Source of the DNA: Antedon mediterranea
Taxonomy: Eukaryota > Animalia > Echinodermata
Length of the DNA: 64,000 bases
Assembly (NCBI RefSeq): GCF_964355755.1
Contig: NC_092671.1
Location: 16,058,001 to 16,122,000 of the forward strand
Direction: 5' to 3'
Below the pieces are notes generated by a model. It was not told the DNA's origin and made no database searches. It worked only from the letters and a program-made list of their open reading frames with translations. A program made the translations under genes and the position numbers. Of the stretch, positions 63,347-64,000 are shown piece by piece; the stretch's first letter is position 1, and every line of letters starts with the position of its first letter.

Positions 63347-63510
63347 GTGTAGGTGTAGCTTAGTGGTTCAAATCCCAAAGTCCGGGGTTCAATCCTGACC
63401 TTGGGTTGTAACAACTCTTTCAACTCCACTCCCTAAGAATGAAACGATCAATTATAAATATTTTATCCAACCTGTAGTAATTGATGAGTTGTTTGCTGTT
63501 GGATGCATAT
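63347..63510 (+). mobile_element. tRNA-derived SINE (family B)
   Basis: GTAGCTTAGTGG and GGTTCAATCC boxes; the body matches the reverse complement of 8298-8482. Confidence 0.65.
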
Positions 63511-64000
63511 ATGCTTATGAAATTTAAAAAAAAGTCATTATCTCTAAATTTATACTGAATGTAATTTATTTCCGTTTATGTCTGTTTCAATACTTTTAAT
63601 ACATATTTAGAAAATTCATTTTACTCATGATAATAATACTATCAATATACTCATAAATTCCATCATTATTAATGCTATAAGCCATTCTCTATTTCTGTCT
63701 TTATGTAGAAAGAGAGTAAACACTATGAAACAAAAACACTTTGCTAACAAATACCTGATCAATACCAAGCCATATTGGAATATCATTACAGTATTCACAA
63801 TCAAAACAAAGTCAATATACAAATTTAATACATACAAACGGTATAATTATCATATCAATCATTTAGTATAGCGCTTTTGTGACTGATTCTATGATATAGT
63901 ACTGTAGTAATCTAATCAGTCTAGGCACTGGACATATTTTATTGGTAGAGTAGAATCTGAAATTATGAATTTTTTAAAATTTTAGATTCTAATATATTCA

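Overview
AT-rich, intron-rich animal (invertebrate-type) genomic DNA; the species cannot be determined from sequence alone. There are four host genes. (1) The last four exons of a GABPB-like gene (+, 125-1781). (2) A complete 15-exon MCCC2 (+, 4606-14740). (3) A complete 7-exon RFX5/RFX7-like transcription factor (-, 57988-21754, about 1167 aa) with a minor-spliceosome AT-AC intron. (4) The first three exons of POFUT2 (+, from 60870), head-to-head with the RFX gene. The RFX introns are packed with transposons: an intact Ty3/Gypsy element, a decayed fold-back Academ-type element, a Sola2-type element nested in a Kolobok-type MITE and itself interrupted by a Deu-type SINE, a self-nested inverted Kolobok-type pair, and many MITEs, SINEs and LINE tails. 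The most unusual object is the Gypsy element. Its two 213-bp direct repeats are identical but lack a CA end, a TSD and a polypurine tract. A third, exact 64-bp copy of part of the repeat lies 827 bp upstream and is followed by GTAAGT, so one splice would exactly regenerate the repeat's 3' end in front of the PBS. All exon and element coordinates were read by eye; no database searches were run.
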